Source: a bacterium (GTDB lineage: Bacteria > UBA8248). Taken from it: a DNA stretch of 22,635 nucleotides. Of this stretch, positions 1 to 7,895 are shown one piece after another. The stretch lies in contig CBDBBI010000002.1 in NCBI GenBank assembly GCA_965202625.1, positions 1 to 22,635 of the forward strand. The letters run 5' to 3'. A program made the position numbers and the translations under genes. A model generated the notes under the pieces. The model was not told where the DNA came from and did no database searches. It worked only from the letters and a program-made list of their open reading frames with translations. The first letter of the stretch is position 1; each line of letters opens with the position of its first letter.

Positions 1-1
1 T

Positions 2-2629
2 CGCGCGCGGATGGACGCTTTCGGGGAGGCGGCGGCAAAACGCGCGGGAAAGCGGAAAGTTACAGAAGAGGAGCGCGCGGGGCTGGAGAGGTGCGATCCG
101 GCGGAGCGCATTCTGGAGATGAGAGTCTGCGACCCGGCGATGGGCTCGGGGCATTTCCTCGTCAACCTCGTGGACTACCTCGCCGACAGGGTCATCGAGG
201 CCATGGCCGGAGCGGAGGCCGCCGCAGAGGGCTACGTCTCGCCGCTGGCCGGACGAATCGAGGAAATCCGCGAGACCATCAAGGCGAACGCGGCGAAAGG
301 CGTCTGGCGGCTGGAGGAGGCGCAGCTGGACGATCGCCGCATCGTCCGCCGCATGGTGCTCAAGGGCTGCGTTCACGGAGTGGACAAGAACTCCATGGCG
401 GTGGAACTCGCCAAGGTGGCGCTCTGGCTCCACACCTTCACGGTGGGCGCACCGCTCAGTTTTCTGGATCACCACCTGCGCTGCGGAGACAGCCTTTTCG
501 GCGCATGGGTGCGGGAGGGGAGCGAGAGGGCGAGGGCGCGCGGCAGCACGCTCTTTTTGCGCGAACCCATCCTGCGGGCGATGCGGACGGCGGCGCCGAT
601 GCGAAAGGTCGAGCGGCTCACCGACGCGGAGATGGCCGAGGCGCGCGAATCCGCCGCGCGCTTCGCCGAGGTGGAGGAGGGAACGGCGCCGCTCTCCATC
701 CTGCTTTCCCTCGTCCACGCCCTCGACTGGCTGCGCCCGACAGATAAGGAAGACAAAGCCGCGCTTTTCGACTTCTTCTCCGGCACGTTTGGCGATCCCC
801 TCGATATCGTCCAGGGCACAGCGCCGAGGGACGGGCGGGGGTCGAGGCGCCTCGCCGCCATTCTTGAGCGCGCGCGGATGCTGATGGAGGAGGAGCGCTT
901 TTTCCACTGGCAGGTGGCGTTTCCCGGCGTGTGGTCGGAGTGGGAGCGTGCGGAACGCCAAGGTGGTTTCGACGCGGTTATCGGAAACCCGCCTTGGGCG
1001 CGCCTGGAATTTATGGAAGTCCCTTGGTTTGAAGCAAGAGATGAAAGTATTGCTTTGGAGACGAACGGTTCACGTCGCAAAGAGCGGATTCAGGCTCTCC
1101 GACTAGCCCATGATCCACTTTGGGAGATATATGAGAAAGCGTCCGAGCGTGTAAAGACAGCGGCTCACATTGTGCGAAAGGGCGGAGATTACAGTTTTTT
1201 TAATGCAGGGAAACTGAATTTCTACAAGCTGTTCGTCGAGCGCGCCATGTCTCTGGTGAAGCCGGAAGGTGCGGTCGGCCTGCTCACACCCTCCGGCGTC
1301 GCCTCGGACAAGGCAGGGTCTGGATTCTTTCAGAGCGTGGCGACGGAAGGGCGGCTGCGCGCCCTTTATGATTTTGAGAACAAAAAAGTGTTCTTTCCCG
1401 ACGTTCACGCGTCGTTCAAGTTCTGCATCTTCGTCGCCGGCGCCTCGCCAACTCAAAAACCAGCCAGGTGCGCGTTCTATGTGCACGACGTATCGGAACT
1501 GAAAGACCCCGAGCGATGCTTCCCCCTCACGCCGGAGAATTTCGCCCGCGTGAACCCGAACACGGGCACCGCCCCCATCTTTCGCACGCGGCGGGACGCC
1601 CGGCTGACCACCGCCATCTACGACCGCCTGCCCGTTCTGGTGAATCGCTCCTCAGGTGCGGCCGTGAAGACCTGGCCGGTGAAGTATTCTCAAATGTTCA
1701 ACATGACGTCCGACTCTGCTCTGTTTCGCACGCGCCGGGAGCTCGAGGAAAACGAGGGCGCCTGGCCGATGGGCGGCAATCGCTACCGCAGCAGGGCGGG
1801 AGATTGGGTTCCCCTCTATGAAGGCAAGATGGCGCAGGCGTTCGACCACCGCGCGGCCCGCGTCGTCGTGAAACCCGGAAATACGCACCGTCCCGCTCAG
1901 CCCGTACCCGCCACCCTGGCACAGCATGAGGATCCGGACTGGCTGCCCGATCCGCAGTATTGGGTGTTGAAGAGCGAAATATCATTTCCAAGGGCATCAT
2001 ATTTGCTAACGTTCAAGGACGTGACCGCACCTACCAACGTCCGATCCATGATTGCGACGTTGATCCCAAACGGAGGTGCCGGGAATACGCTTCCTGTCGT
2101 GTTAATGGATGAAAGACAAACCGCCGGAGAAACTGCGAGCTTGCTTGCTAATTTCAATGCGATACCGTTTGACTATGTTGCGCGCCAGAAAATTCAGGGC
2201 CAGCATCTCAACTGGTATATCGTCGAACAGCTCCCCGTCGTTCCACCCGAAACGTTTGAGACTACCCATTTTGGCCCCAAGACTGCCGGAGAGGTTGTGC
2301 GGGAGGCCGTCCTGGAGCTCACCTACACCGCCCACGACATGGCACCCTTCGCCCGGGACATGGGCTACGTGGACGATGCGGGCGAGACGCGCGCACCCTT
2401 CGTCTGGAACGAGGAGCGTCGTCTGCGGCTTCGGGCGAAGCTGGACGCCGTGTTCTTTCATCTCTACGGCGTTGCGGATCGGGACGAGGCGGCCTACGTC
2501 TATTCTACCTTCCCCATCGTCGAGGCCCAGGAGAAGAAGGCTTGCGGCTGCTACCGCTCGCGCGACCTGTGCCTCGCCTGGATGAACGCCCTCGCCGCCG
2601 GCGCACCGGACGCGGACGTGTGCCTGTGA
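2..2629 (+). CDS. Type IIG (Eco57I-like) restriction-modification enzyme / N6-adenine DNA methyltransferase, 5'-partial
   Basis: Frame is open to the left edge. SAM-binding motif VCDPAMGSGHFL, GVDKN..AVELAKVALWL, catalytic GFDAVIGNPPW, then a target-recognition region (YEGKM..AFDHR) and the typical C-terminal tail RAKLDAVFFHLYG. Confidence 0.9.
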   Translation, partial: RARMDAFGEAAAKRAGKRKVTEEERAGLERCDPAERILEMRVCDPAMGSGHFLVNLVDYLADRVIEAMAGAEAAAEGYVSPLAGRIEEIRETIKANAAKGVWRLEEAQLDDRRIVRRMVLKGCVHGVDKNSMAVELAKVALWLHTFTVGAPLSFLDHHLRCGDSLFGAWVREGSERARARGSTLFLREPILRAMRTAAPMRKVERLTDAEMAEARESAARFAEVEEGTAPLSILLSLVHALDWLRPTDKEDKAALFDFFSGTFGDPLDIVQGTAPRDGRGSRRLAAILERARMLMEEERFFHWQVAFPGVWSEWERAERQGGFDAVIGNPPWARLEFMEVPWFEARDESIALETNGSRRKERIQALRLAHDPLWEIYEKASERVKTAAHIVRKGGDYSFFNAGKLNFYKLFVERAMSLVKPEGAVGLLTPSGVASDKAGSGFFQSVATEGRLRALYDFENKKVFFPDVHASFKFCIFVAGASPTQKPARCAFYVHDVSELKDPERCFPLTPENFARVNPNTGTAPIFRTRRDARLTTAIYDRLPVLVNRSSGAAVKTWPVKYSQMFNMTSDSALFRTRRELEENEGAWPMGGNRYRSRAGDWVPLYEGKMAQAFDHRAARVVVKPGNTHRPAQPVPATLAQHEDPDWLPDPQYWVLKSEISFPRASYLLTFKDVTAPTNVRSMIATLIPNGGAGNTLPVVLMDERQTAGETASLLANFNAIPFDYVARQKIQGQHLNWYIVEQLPVVPPETFETTHFGPKTAGEVVREAVLELTYTAHDMAPFARDMGYVDDAGETRAPFVWNEERRLRLRAKLDAVFFHLYGVADRDEAAYVYSTFPIVEAQEKKACGCYRSRDLCLAWMNALAAGAPDADVCL
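2588..2629 (+). repeat. Direct repeat 1, copy A (last 14 codons of the RM gene)
   Basis: gccctcgccgccggcgcaccggacgcggacgtgtgcctgtga; matches 3402-3443 at 34 of 42 positions without gaps. Confidence 0.8.
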
Positions 2630-2717
2630 TAAAATGTAGCGGGCTGTGCGTGTTGCCAGGGCATGATCAACAAATCACTTTTTGGATAAGGTGAACGGGA
2701 ATTTTGGGATATCACAT

Positions 2718-2945
2718 ATGGTCAAGGTAGCGAGAGTTTCTGGGCGTGAGGCGGCCCGAGTGTTTGAAAAAGCGGGATGGGTTTTTGGCAGACGGAAGGG
2801 TAGCCATATGATCTACGTAAAAGACGGAGCGGAAAGACACCTTTCGATCCCTGATCATAAAACCCTGAAGATCGGACTGCTCATCAAGTTGATAAAAGCC
2901 GCGGGGCTGACGCCGCAAGAGTTTGAAGAATTGGGGCGAAAATAG
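2718..2945 (+). CDS. hicA: HicA-family toxin (mRNA interferase)
   Basis: 75 aa basic protein with GW...RRKGSHMIY, SIPDHKTLKIGLL..LIKAAGLT..EF motifs. ATG at 2718 preferred over TTG at 2682. Confidence 0.9.
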   Translation: MVKVARVSGREAARVFEKAGWVFGRRKGSHMIYVKDGAERHLSIPDHKTLKIGLLIKLIKAAGLTPQEFEELGRK

Positions 2946-2990
2946 GCTATAGTCGTGGAGGAGGCATGATGAGTGCCGATCCGAAAAGAT

Positions 2991-3019
2991 TTGACGCGAA
3001 AACGAGAATGACGTATATT
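2991..3019 (+). promoter_or_regulatory. Sigma70-like promoter upstream of hicB
   Basis: TTGACG-N17-TATATT. Confidence 0.6.
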
Positions 3020-3105
3020 TTATGTGTGGGGTGGGCACACCCGAAACGAACGGGAGAGAGACGATGGGGTGTAATGAAGCACACACCCTAAAGGAAGAGA
3101 GAGCC

Positions 3106-3402
3106 ATGATGAAGCAATATGTTCTCAATAAAAGCAGTTATGGCGCGTTTCAAATCGCCCTGGAGCCATGTGAGGTGGACGGCGGATACGTCGCCGAGTG
3201 CCTGGACCTGGAAGGCTGCGTCTCGGAAGGCGACACCCAGGAAAGTGCTCTTGCGAACATCGGCGAGGCGATAGAGGGCATATGCGAATCCATGATGGAA
3301 CACCACGGGCGCATCATGCGCTCCACCGAGAGTTCTGACACGTATTCGGAATCCTCAGAAGAGAGATACACCAGCACGCCTCGTTCTCTCAAATACGCAT
3401 AG
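3106..3402 (+). CDS. hicB: HicB-family antitoxin (short form, no obvious C-terminal DNA-binding domain)
   Basis: LEPCEVDGGYVAECLDLEGCVSEGDTQESALANIGEAI is the HicB N-terminal signature; acidic; purine-rich RBS before ATG 3106; adjacent to hicA. Confidence 0.85.
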   Translation: MMKQYVLNKSSYGAFQIALEPCEVDGGYVAECLDLEGCVSEGDTQESALANIGEAIEGICESMMEHHGRIMRSTESSDTYSESSEERYTSTPRSLKYA

Positions 3403-3443
3403 CCCTCACCGCTGCCGCCCCTGACGCAGACGTGCGTCTGTGA
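3402..3443 (+). repeat. Direct repeat 1, copy B (orphan remnant of an RM gene 3' end)
   Basis: gccctcaccgctgccgcccctgacgcagacgtgcgtctgtga reads ALTAAAPDADVRL* versus ALAAGAPDADVCL*; it starts on the last base of the hicB stop codon. Confidence 0.8.
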
Positions 3444-3452
3444 GGGGGTTTT
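3403..3452 (+). terminator. Possible intrinsic terminator after hicB
   Basis: GACGCA-GACG-TGCGTC hairpin inside CCCTCAC/GTGAGGG arms, followed by GGTTTT. Confidence 0.45.
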
Positions 3453-3472
3453 GTGCTACTCCTGCCTTATAA

Positions 3473-3501
3473 TTGCCGTCGGCGGATAAGTCGCATATCA
3501 T
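3473..3501 (+). promoter_or_regulatory. Sigma70-like promoter for the 3548-4789 gene pair
   Basis: TTGCCG-N17-TATCAT; RBS GGAGGAG lies before GTG 3548. Confidence 0.5.
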
Positions 3502-3547
3502 GCACGCGAAATAGAATGGAGGCGGAAAGCGCGGGAGGAGAGGCGTC

Positions 3548-4020
3548 GTGACCGAACGGCTCTTGTCGGACGACGAACGCAAGGCGTATCGTTCCCTCCC
3601 CAAGCGCGTCACCAACCCCGGGGCGCGCTGGAGCGGCAAGCGCGGCCATCGGCAACGGCGTTACGAAGCTGTTTCCGAAGATGAAGCGCGCGCGCAATTT
3701 CTGATATATCTCCGGCAAAATCTCCACGACGAGATAGATTTCTCCTGCGGCCTCGCGCTGATTCAGAATAGCGGGCAACTTTTCAGTCTCGCGCGCTACA
3801 ACGGCGCGAATCATCTCCATGGCGCCATCGCGCATCGTTGCCACATCCATCGCGCCACGGCGGAGGCACTCTCCGCCGGAAAAAACTCGATAGCCATGCG
3901 GAGGAAACGGACAGATACCGGACTTTGGATGGCGCGCTTGCCTGCCTGATCGAAGATTGCGCCGTTCAAGGTCTGGCCGCCAAACTCGATCATCCGGAGT
4001 TGTTTGATGACGTTGGATAA
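3548..4020 (+). CDS. His-rich hypothetical protein (DUF6978-like), split by a -1 frameshift at 3880-3886
   Basis: ORF 3548-3949 (LARYNGANHLHG...CHIHRAT) continues sensibly in the -1 frame as KKLDSHAEETDRYRTLDGALACLIEDC..., ending at 4020 and overlapping the next start; joined product 157 aa. Confidence 0.65.
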
Positions 4021-4789
4021 AACGGGACTGGAAAAAACCCTGTGCGAGAGGTTATGCAGAAGCATCCGGATACATCAGCGTGATGACGGGGTTCTCATGC
4101 TGGACACGCCGTTCACCTTTCCAGACGGCGATCACTATCCGATCTATCTCTCCGAGGGCCGCACCGGTGGCGTGATCTTAAGCGATCGCGGACATACGCT
4201 CATGCACGCGAGCTACGAGCACGACGTCGATGCTTTCTACGACGGTTCGCGCGCGGTGCTGCGCGAGCAGATTGTCCGTGAGGCGGGGATTGAGGAGAAC
4301 GAGGGCGTTTTTACCATCGAGGCGGTACCGGATGGCGTTGCGGACGCTCTTTTCACCTTGGGCCAGGCGTTGACGAAGATCTACGACCTCACCTTTTTGA
4401 GCCGCGCGCGGGTCGCTTCTACTTTTTACGAAGACCTGAAAGCCTTTCTTTTCAGGATGATAGACGCGGAAAAGATAGAGAGCGACTACATACCGGCGGA
4501 CGTTCCGAATGGGGCGGACTATCCTGTAGATTACCGAATCGCGGGCAAGCACGACGTTCCGATATTCCTCTACGGCGTTCCGGGCCGGGACAAGGCGCGA
4601 CTGACGACCATCATGCTGTCCCACTTTCTGCTGAACCGCCTCTCTTTCGAATCCGTGATCGTGTTCGCCGATCAGCAGCAGATCCCCCGGCTCGACCTCG
4701 CCCGGCTGACCAACGTCGCGGGGACGGCGGTCGCATCCCTGGACGCGGAGGACGACCTTCGCCGCAAAGTCCTTGCACGGGCCGCTTGA
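4007..4789 (+). CDS. DUF1828 (plus DUF1829-like C-terminus) domain protein
   Basis: TPFTFPDGDHYPIYL...LSDRGHTL N-terminal motif; C-terminal FYEDL...YPVDYRI region resembles a PD-(D/E)xK-like fold; GGAG RBS just upstream of ATG 4007. Confidence 0.8.
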   Translation: MTLDKTGLEKTLCERLCRSIRIHQRDDGVLMLDTPFTFPDGDHYPIYLSEGRTGGVILSDRGHTLMHASYEHDVDAFYDGSRAVLREQIVREAGIEENEGVFTIEAVPDGVADALFTLGQALTKIYDLTFLSRARVASTFYEDLKAFLFRMIDAEKIESDYIPADVPNGADYPVDYRIAGKHDVPIFLYGVPGRDKARLTTIMLSHFLLNRLSFESVIVFADQQQIPRLDLARLTNVAGTAVASLDAEDDLRRKVLARAA

Positions 4790-4826
4790 TCCTCCCGTTG
4801 ACGCCGCTCCCCGCCCGTGAAAGCAT
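4739..4826 (+). repeat. Direct repeat 2, copy A (3' end of DUF1828 gene plus putative promoter)
   Basis: 88 bp matching 6636-6723 with about 7 mismatches and no gaps; contains TTGACG-N17-AAGCAT. Confidence 0.9.
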
Positions 4827-4881
4827 CAACAAGCAAAATAAGTGGAAGCATCGGCCAAAATATAGTTGAGGAGCAGTGCGG

Positions 4882-5931
4882 ATGTTCAAGAACCTGGCGA
4901 TACGGAATTTTCGCGGGCTCGGCAATTTAGAGATTCCCCGCCTGGGCCGAATCAACCTCGTCACGGGCAAAAACAATGCCGGCAAGACGAGCCTGCTTGA
5001 AGCGCTTTTTCTACTCTGCGGCGCAGGGAACCCTCAGTTGTTGTTCAGGGCCAACATGATGCGTGGCATTGACGTGGCGGGAGGTTCGGCGATACCCGGA
5101 ATGTTCTGGAAGCCGCTGTTCACCGATATGGACATGGCAAGGACAGTGGAAATCAAGGGCCGCTCTACCTCGCATGGTCCATGGATATTGCACGTTATGC
5201 TCCATCGACCGGATACCATTGAGCTCCCTTTCGACAGCCCCGATCATATGGTGGAGAGAACGGTATTGTCGGGCGAGAGCAGGCTCAAGTTTTCGTTCCA
5301 AAAAGGGGCAGAACCTCTCGTGGAGAGGAACATGCGTTTCGCGGGTGGTGGGCTTCAGGTTGATCAACCCGTTACGCCCCCGCCGTTTCAGGCGGTGTTC
5401 CTCTCGTCGCGCACGGCGAACCTTCAGGATGACGCTAGGCGTCTCGGGCAGCTGCGGCAACGGAAGCAAGGGGAGTTCGTGACGAATGCTTTGCGGCGCG
5501 TCGAGCCGAGGCTGCGGAGCATTGAGGTGAACTCCGCCTCCGGCGTGCCCATGATTTGGGGCGATATCGGCTTGTCCGAGCTCATACCATTGCAGATGAT
5601 GGGCGAGGGCATGACGCGCATCGCCCGAATGGTTCTGGCGATCTCCGATGCGCGTGGCGGCGTCGTTCTGGTGGATGAGGTCGAAAACGGCATCCATCAT
5701 TCCGTGTTGGGCAAGGTTTGGGGGGCTATCGGAGAGGCGGCCCGGCAATGTGATACGCAGATCGTCGCGGCGACGCACAGCTTCGAGTGCATGGAGGCGG
5801 CGCATGGCGCGCTCGACGAAGAGGATTTGCTCGTTCACCGACTGGAAGCAAGCGACGAAACCATACGCTGCGTCACTCTTAACGCGGAAGAAATCAGGAC
5901 GACGGTCGAATACAATTTTGAGATACGCTGA
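4882..5931 (+). CDS. ABC-type / AAA_15-AAA_21 family ATPase
   Basis: IRNFRGL start, Walker A GKNNAGKT, signature-like MGEG, Walker B VLVDEVENGIH, H-loop ATHS; GAGGAG RBS before ATG 4882. Confidence 0.9.
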   Translation: MFKNLAIRNFRGLGNLEIPRLGRINLVTGKNNAGKTSLLEALFLLCGAGNPQLLFRANMMRGIDVAGGSAIPGMFWKPLFTDMDMARTVEIKGRSTSHGPWILHVMLHRPDTIELPFDSPDHMVERTVLSGESRLKFSFQKGAEPLVERNMRFAGGGLQVDQPVTPPPFQAVFLSSRTANLQDDARRLGQLRQRKQGEFVTNALRRVEPRLRSIEVNSASGVPMIWGDIGLSELIPLQMMGEGMTRIARMVLAISDARGGVVLVDEVENGIHHSVLGKVWGAIGEAARQCDTQIVAATHSFECMEAAHGALDEEDLLVHRLEASDETIRCVTLNAEEIRTTVEYNFEIR

Positions 5932-5933
5932 AC

Positions 5934-6554
5934 GTGCCCCCTCAAAAACAGATTAAAACGCCCAGGCAGCTCCTTGTCGAGGGAAACGATCAGCGCAACT
6001 TCTTTGAGGCGTTCGTCAAGCACCTCTCGCTTTGCGACATACAGATACAGGATTATGGAGGCGGGGATGAGTTGCGACGTTTTCTGCAGGCATTCATCAG
6101 CAGGTGGTCGGTTTTTGGCTCGGTAAAGAGCCTCGGCATCGTGCGCGACGCAGAGGATTCCTTTCAGGACACCTTCCGGAGCGTTCAGGGAGCACTTAAG
6201 CGGGTGAACCTTCCCGTCCCGAAGGAAGCGGGACAGCGACAAGGCGGACAAGGCGGGAAGCCCGACGTGAGCGTGTTCATACTGCCGGACAACGCCTCTC
6301 CGGGGATGCTCGAGACGCTCCTTTGCCGCGCGTTCGCAAACTCTCCAGAGAACGTCTGCATAGATCATTTTTTCAAGTGTGCCGAAGCCGTGCCGAGCGT
6401 ATCCATTCGAAGGCCCGACAAGGCGCGCGCTTTCGCCTATCTGGCGACGAGGCGCGATGCGCACCATTCTGTCGGCGTGGCGGCACAACAGGGCGTCTGG
6501 AATCTGGATGACGACGCTTTTCAGGGGCTGCGCGATTTTTTGAAGAATCTGTAG
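5934..6554 (+). CDS. DUF3226-like TOPRIM-fold protein, putative nuclease partner of the ATPase
   Basis: LLVEGNDQ (TOPRIM glutamate), LGIVRDAE (DxD-like), PGMLETLL; starts 2 nt after the ATPase stop. Confidence 0.8.
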   Translation: MPPQKQIKTPRQLLVEGNDQRNFFEAFVKHLSLCDIQIQDYGGGDELRRFLQAFISRWSVFGSVKSLGIVRDAEDSFQDTFRSVQGALKRVNLPVPKEAGQRQGGQGGKPDVSVFILPDNASPGMLETLLCRAFANSPENVCIDHFFKCAEAVPSVSIRRPDKARAFAYLATRRDAHHSVGVAAQQGVWNLDDDAFQGLRDFLKNL

Positions 6555-6635
6555 CGGGCGGGAAAGGCGGGTGGACATGTCAACGACCGGAAGGATGAAA
6601 GCATGAGAACCATGCGGCGCGTCGGGCGTCGCGCA

Positions 6636-6723
6636 CTGGCCGTGGAGGATGGCCTTCGCCGCAAACTCCTTGCACGGGCCCCTTGATCCCCCCGTTGACG
6701 CCGCTCCCCGCCCGTGAAAGCAT
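6636..6723 (+). repeat. Direct repeat 2, copy B
   Basis: Offset 1897 bp from copy A; reads LAVEDGLRRKLLARAP* versus LDAEDDLRRKVLARAA*. Confidence 0.9.
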
Positions 6724-6761
6724 GGCCGGGCATCTCGTTTTCCGGACGGGAGGATGATCAG

Positions 6762-7148
6762 ATGAAAAATGATTGCAACCTGGGCGCGTTCGCCCATGCC
6801 TTGCGCGATCTGGACGAGGTGCGGGCGGAAGCGGAGGAAGAGGGTTTTCCGGTTCCGACGGATGCGGCGTTCCAAAACGCACGGCGTCTGCTGAGAGAAA
6901 TGCACGCCATATTCCCCCGCCGTTTCGAGGTGTATCCCATGCCGGATGGGGAGATCGCGGTTGACGCGACGAATGGCCGAGGGAGTTCCGTCCTGCTGTT
7001 GTGCAGATCAGACGGCGCTGCCCTGTGCTCGGTCAACATGGCGGGTGCGCATCGACGCGCCAGATATGCCACTGCCGAGACGCTTCCCGACGATTTTGTG
7101 CGCGAAGCAATGGGCGAACTTGAACGGCAGGGTGATGGGGTGGAGTGA
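6762..7148 (+). CDS. Hypothetical protein, 128 aa
   Basis: GGGAGG RBS before ATG 6762; globular-looking acidic sequence (EVYPMPDGEIAVD); no family confidently recognised. Confidence 0.7.
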   Translation: MKNDCNLGAFAHALRDLDEVRAEAEEEGFPVPTDAAFQNARRLLREMHAIFPRRFEVYPMPDGEIAVDATNGRGSSVLLLCRSDGAALCSVNMAGAHRRARYATAETLPDDFVREAMGELERQGDGVE

Positions 7149-7248
7149 AAGCACCGAGAAAATCAGCGGTGATGAAGAACCCGGATGGGAGTATTTTCCA
7201 GAAGGCAAGCGGAGCGGACGCTTCGGGCTGGCGGGAAAGGAGATAAAA

Positions 7249-7845
7249 ATGACCTGGTTCCTCAAAAGTATCGCGCATCTGGCGGCGGTTTTTCTGCTCT
7301 GTGCGCTTCTCCCCTCCGGAAGCGGGGCGGCGGAGGGTGCGGAGGAGAACGTCGTCTTTCTCAAGGCGTTCTATCCCCTGGACGAGCCGAGGTTTCACTG
7401 CGTGGACGTACCGGGACACCGCTCCGGTGTGAACACCGCCGCCGCCCTCGTGGTCCACACCTGCAAGGAGGGGATGTGGAACCTCGATGAGCGTTTTGAT
7501 TTGTCCGCCGTCTCGAAGGGTGCGTTGCGAATGCCCGCATACGGGCTGTGCGTCGTCGCCGATTCCGCCGCCGAGGGGGCGAAGGTGCGTCTGCGCGCGT
7601 GCGGTGCCCCGCTCGGCGTCTGGCGTTTTGAGAATTACCGCTTAAGTCTTGAGCACCATCCAGAGAAATGCCTCACCATCGGCACGGAACCCTCACGTCT
7701 CACGCCGGGCGGGCACAGGTTTCCGAGCCGCCACGTGGCCCGCTCCCTCGGGCTTGCGACGTGTGCGGAAGAAGCCCTGGAGAGACAACTCTGGCGTCTG
7801 GAGCGGCCCATGCGGCGCACCGGCTCCATCATGCCCTTCAAGTAG
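7249..7845 (+). CDS. Secreted ricin-B/beta-trefoil lectin-like protein
   Basis: AAGGAG RBS; N-terminal signal peptide; three Cys-pair repeats (CVDV..HTC, LCVV..RAC, KCLT..ATC) and a terminal RQLW motif. Confidence 0.7.
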   Translation: MTWFLKSIAHLAAVFLLCALLPSGSGAAEGAEENVVFLKAFYPLDEPRFHCVDVPGHRSGVNTAAALVVHTCKEGMWNLDERFDLSAVSKGALRMPAYGLCVVADSAAEGAKVRLRACGAPLGVWRFENYRLSLEHHPEKCLTIGTEPSRLTPGGHRFPSRHVARSLGLATCAEEALERQLWRLERPMRRTGSIMPFK

Positions 7846-7863
7846 ACCGCGGAGGCGCGGTCT
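7844..7863. terminator. Hairpin between convergent genes
   Basis: AGACCGCG-GAGG-CGCGGTCT, perfect 8-bp stem; no U-tract. Confidence 0.4.
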
Positions 7864-7895
7864 GCGTGTGCGCGCGGGTGTCGCGTCCATGATGA

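Noticed and set aside
6946-7248. N-terminal extensions in the ORF track (also 10189-10374, 11511-11813, 11611-11811, 15959-16102, 22118-22231)
   Set aside because: Downstream ATGs have clear RBSs or stop-start overlaps and match where family homology or the signal peptide begins.
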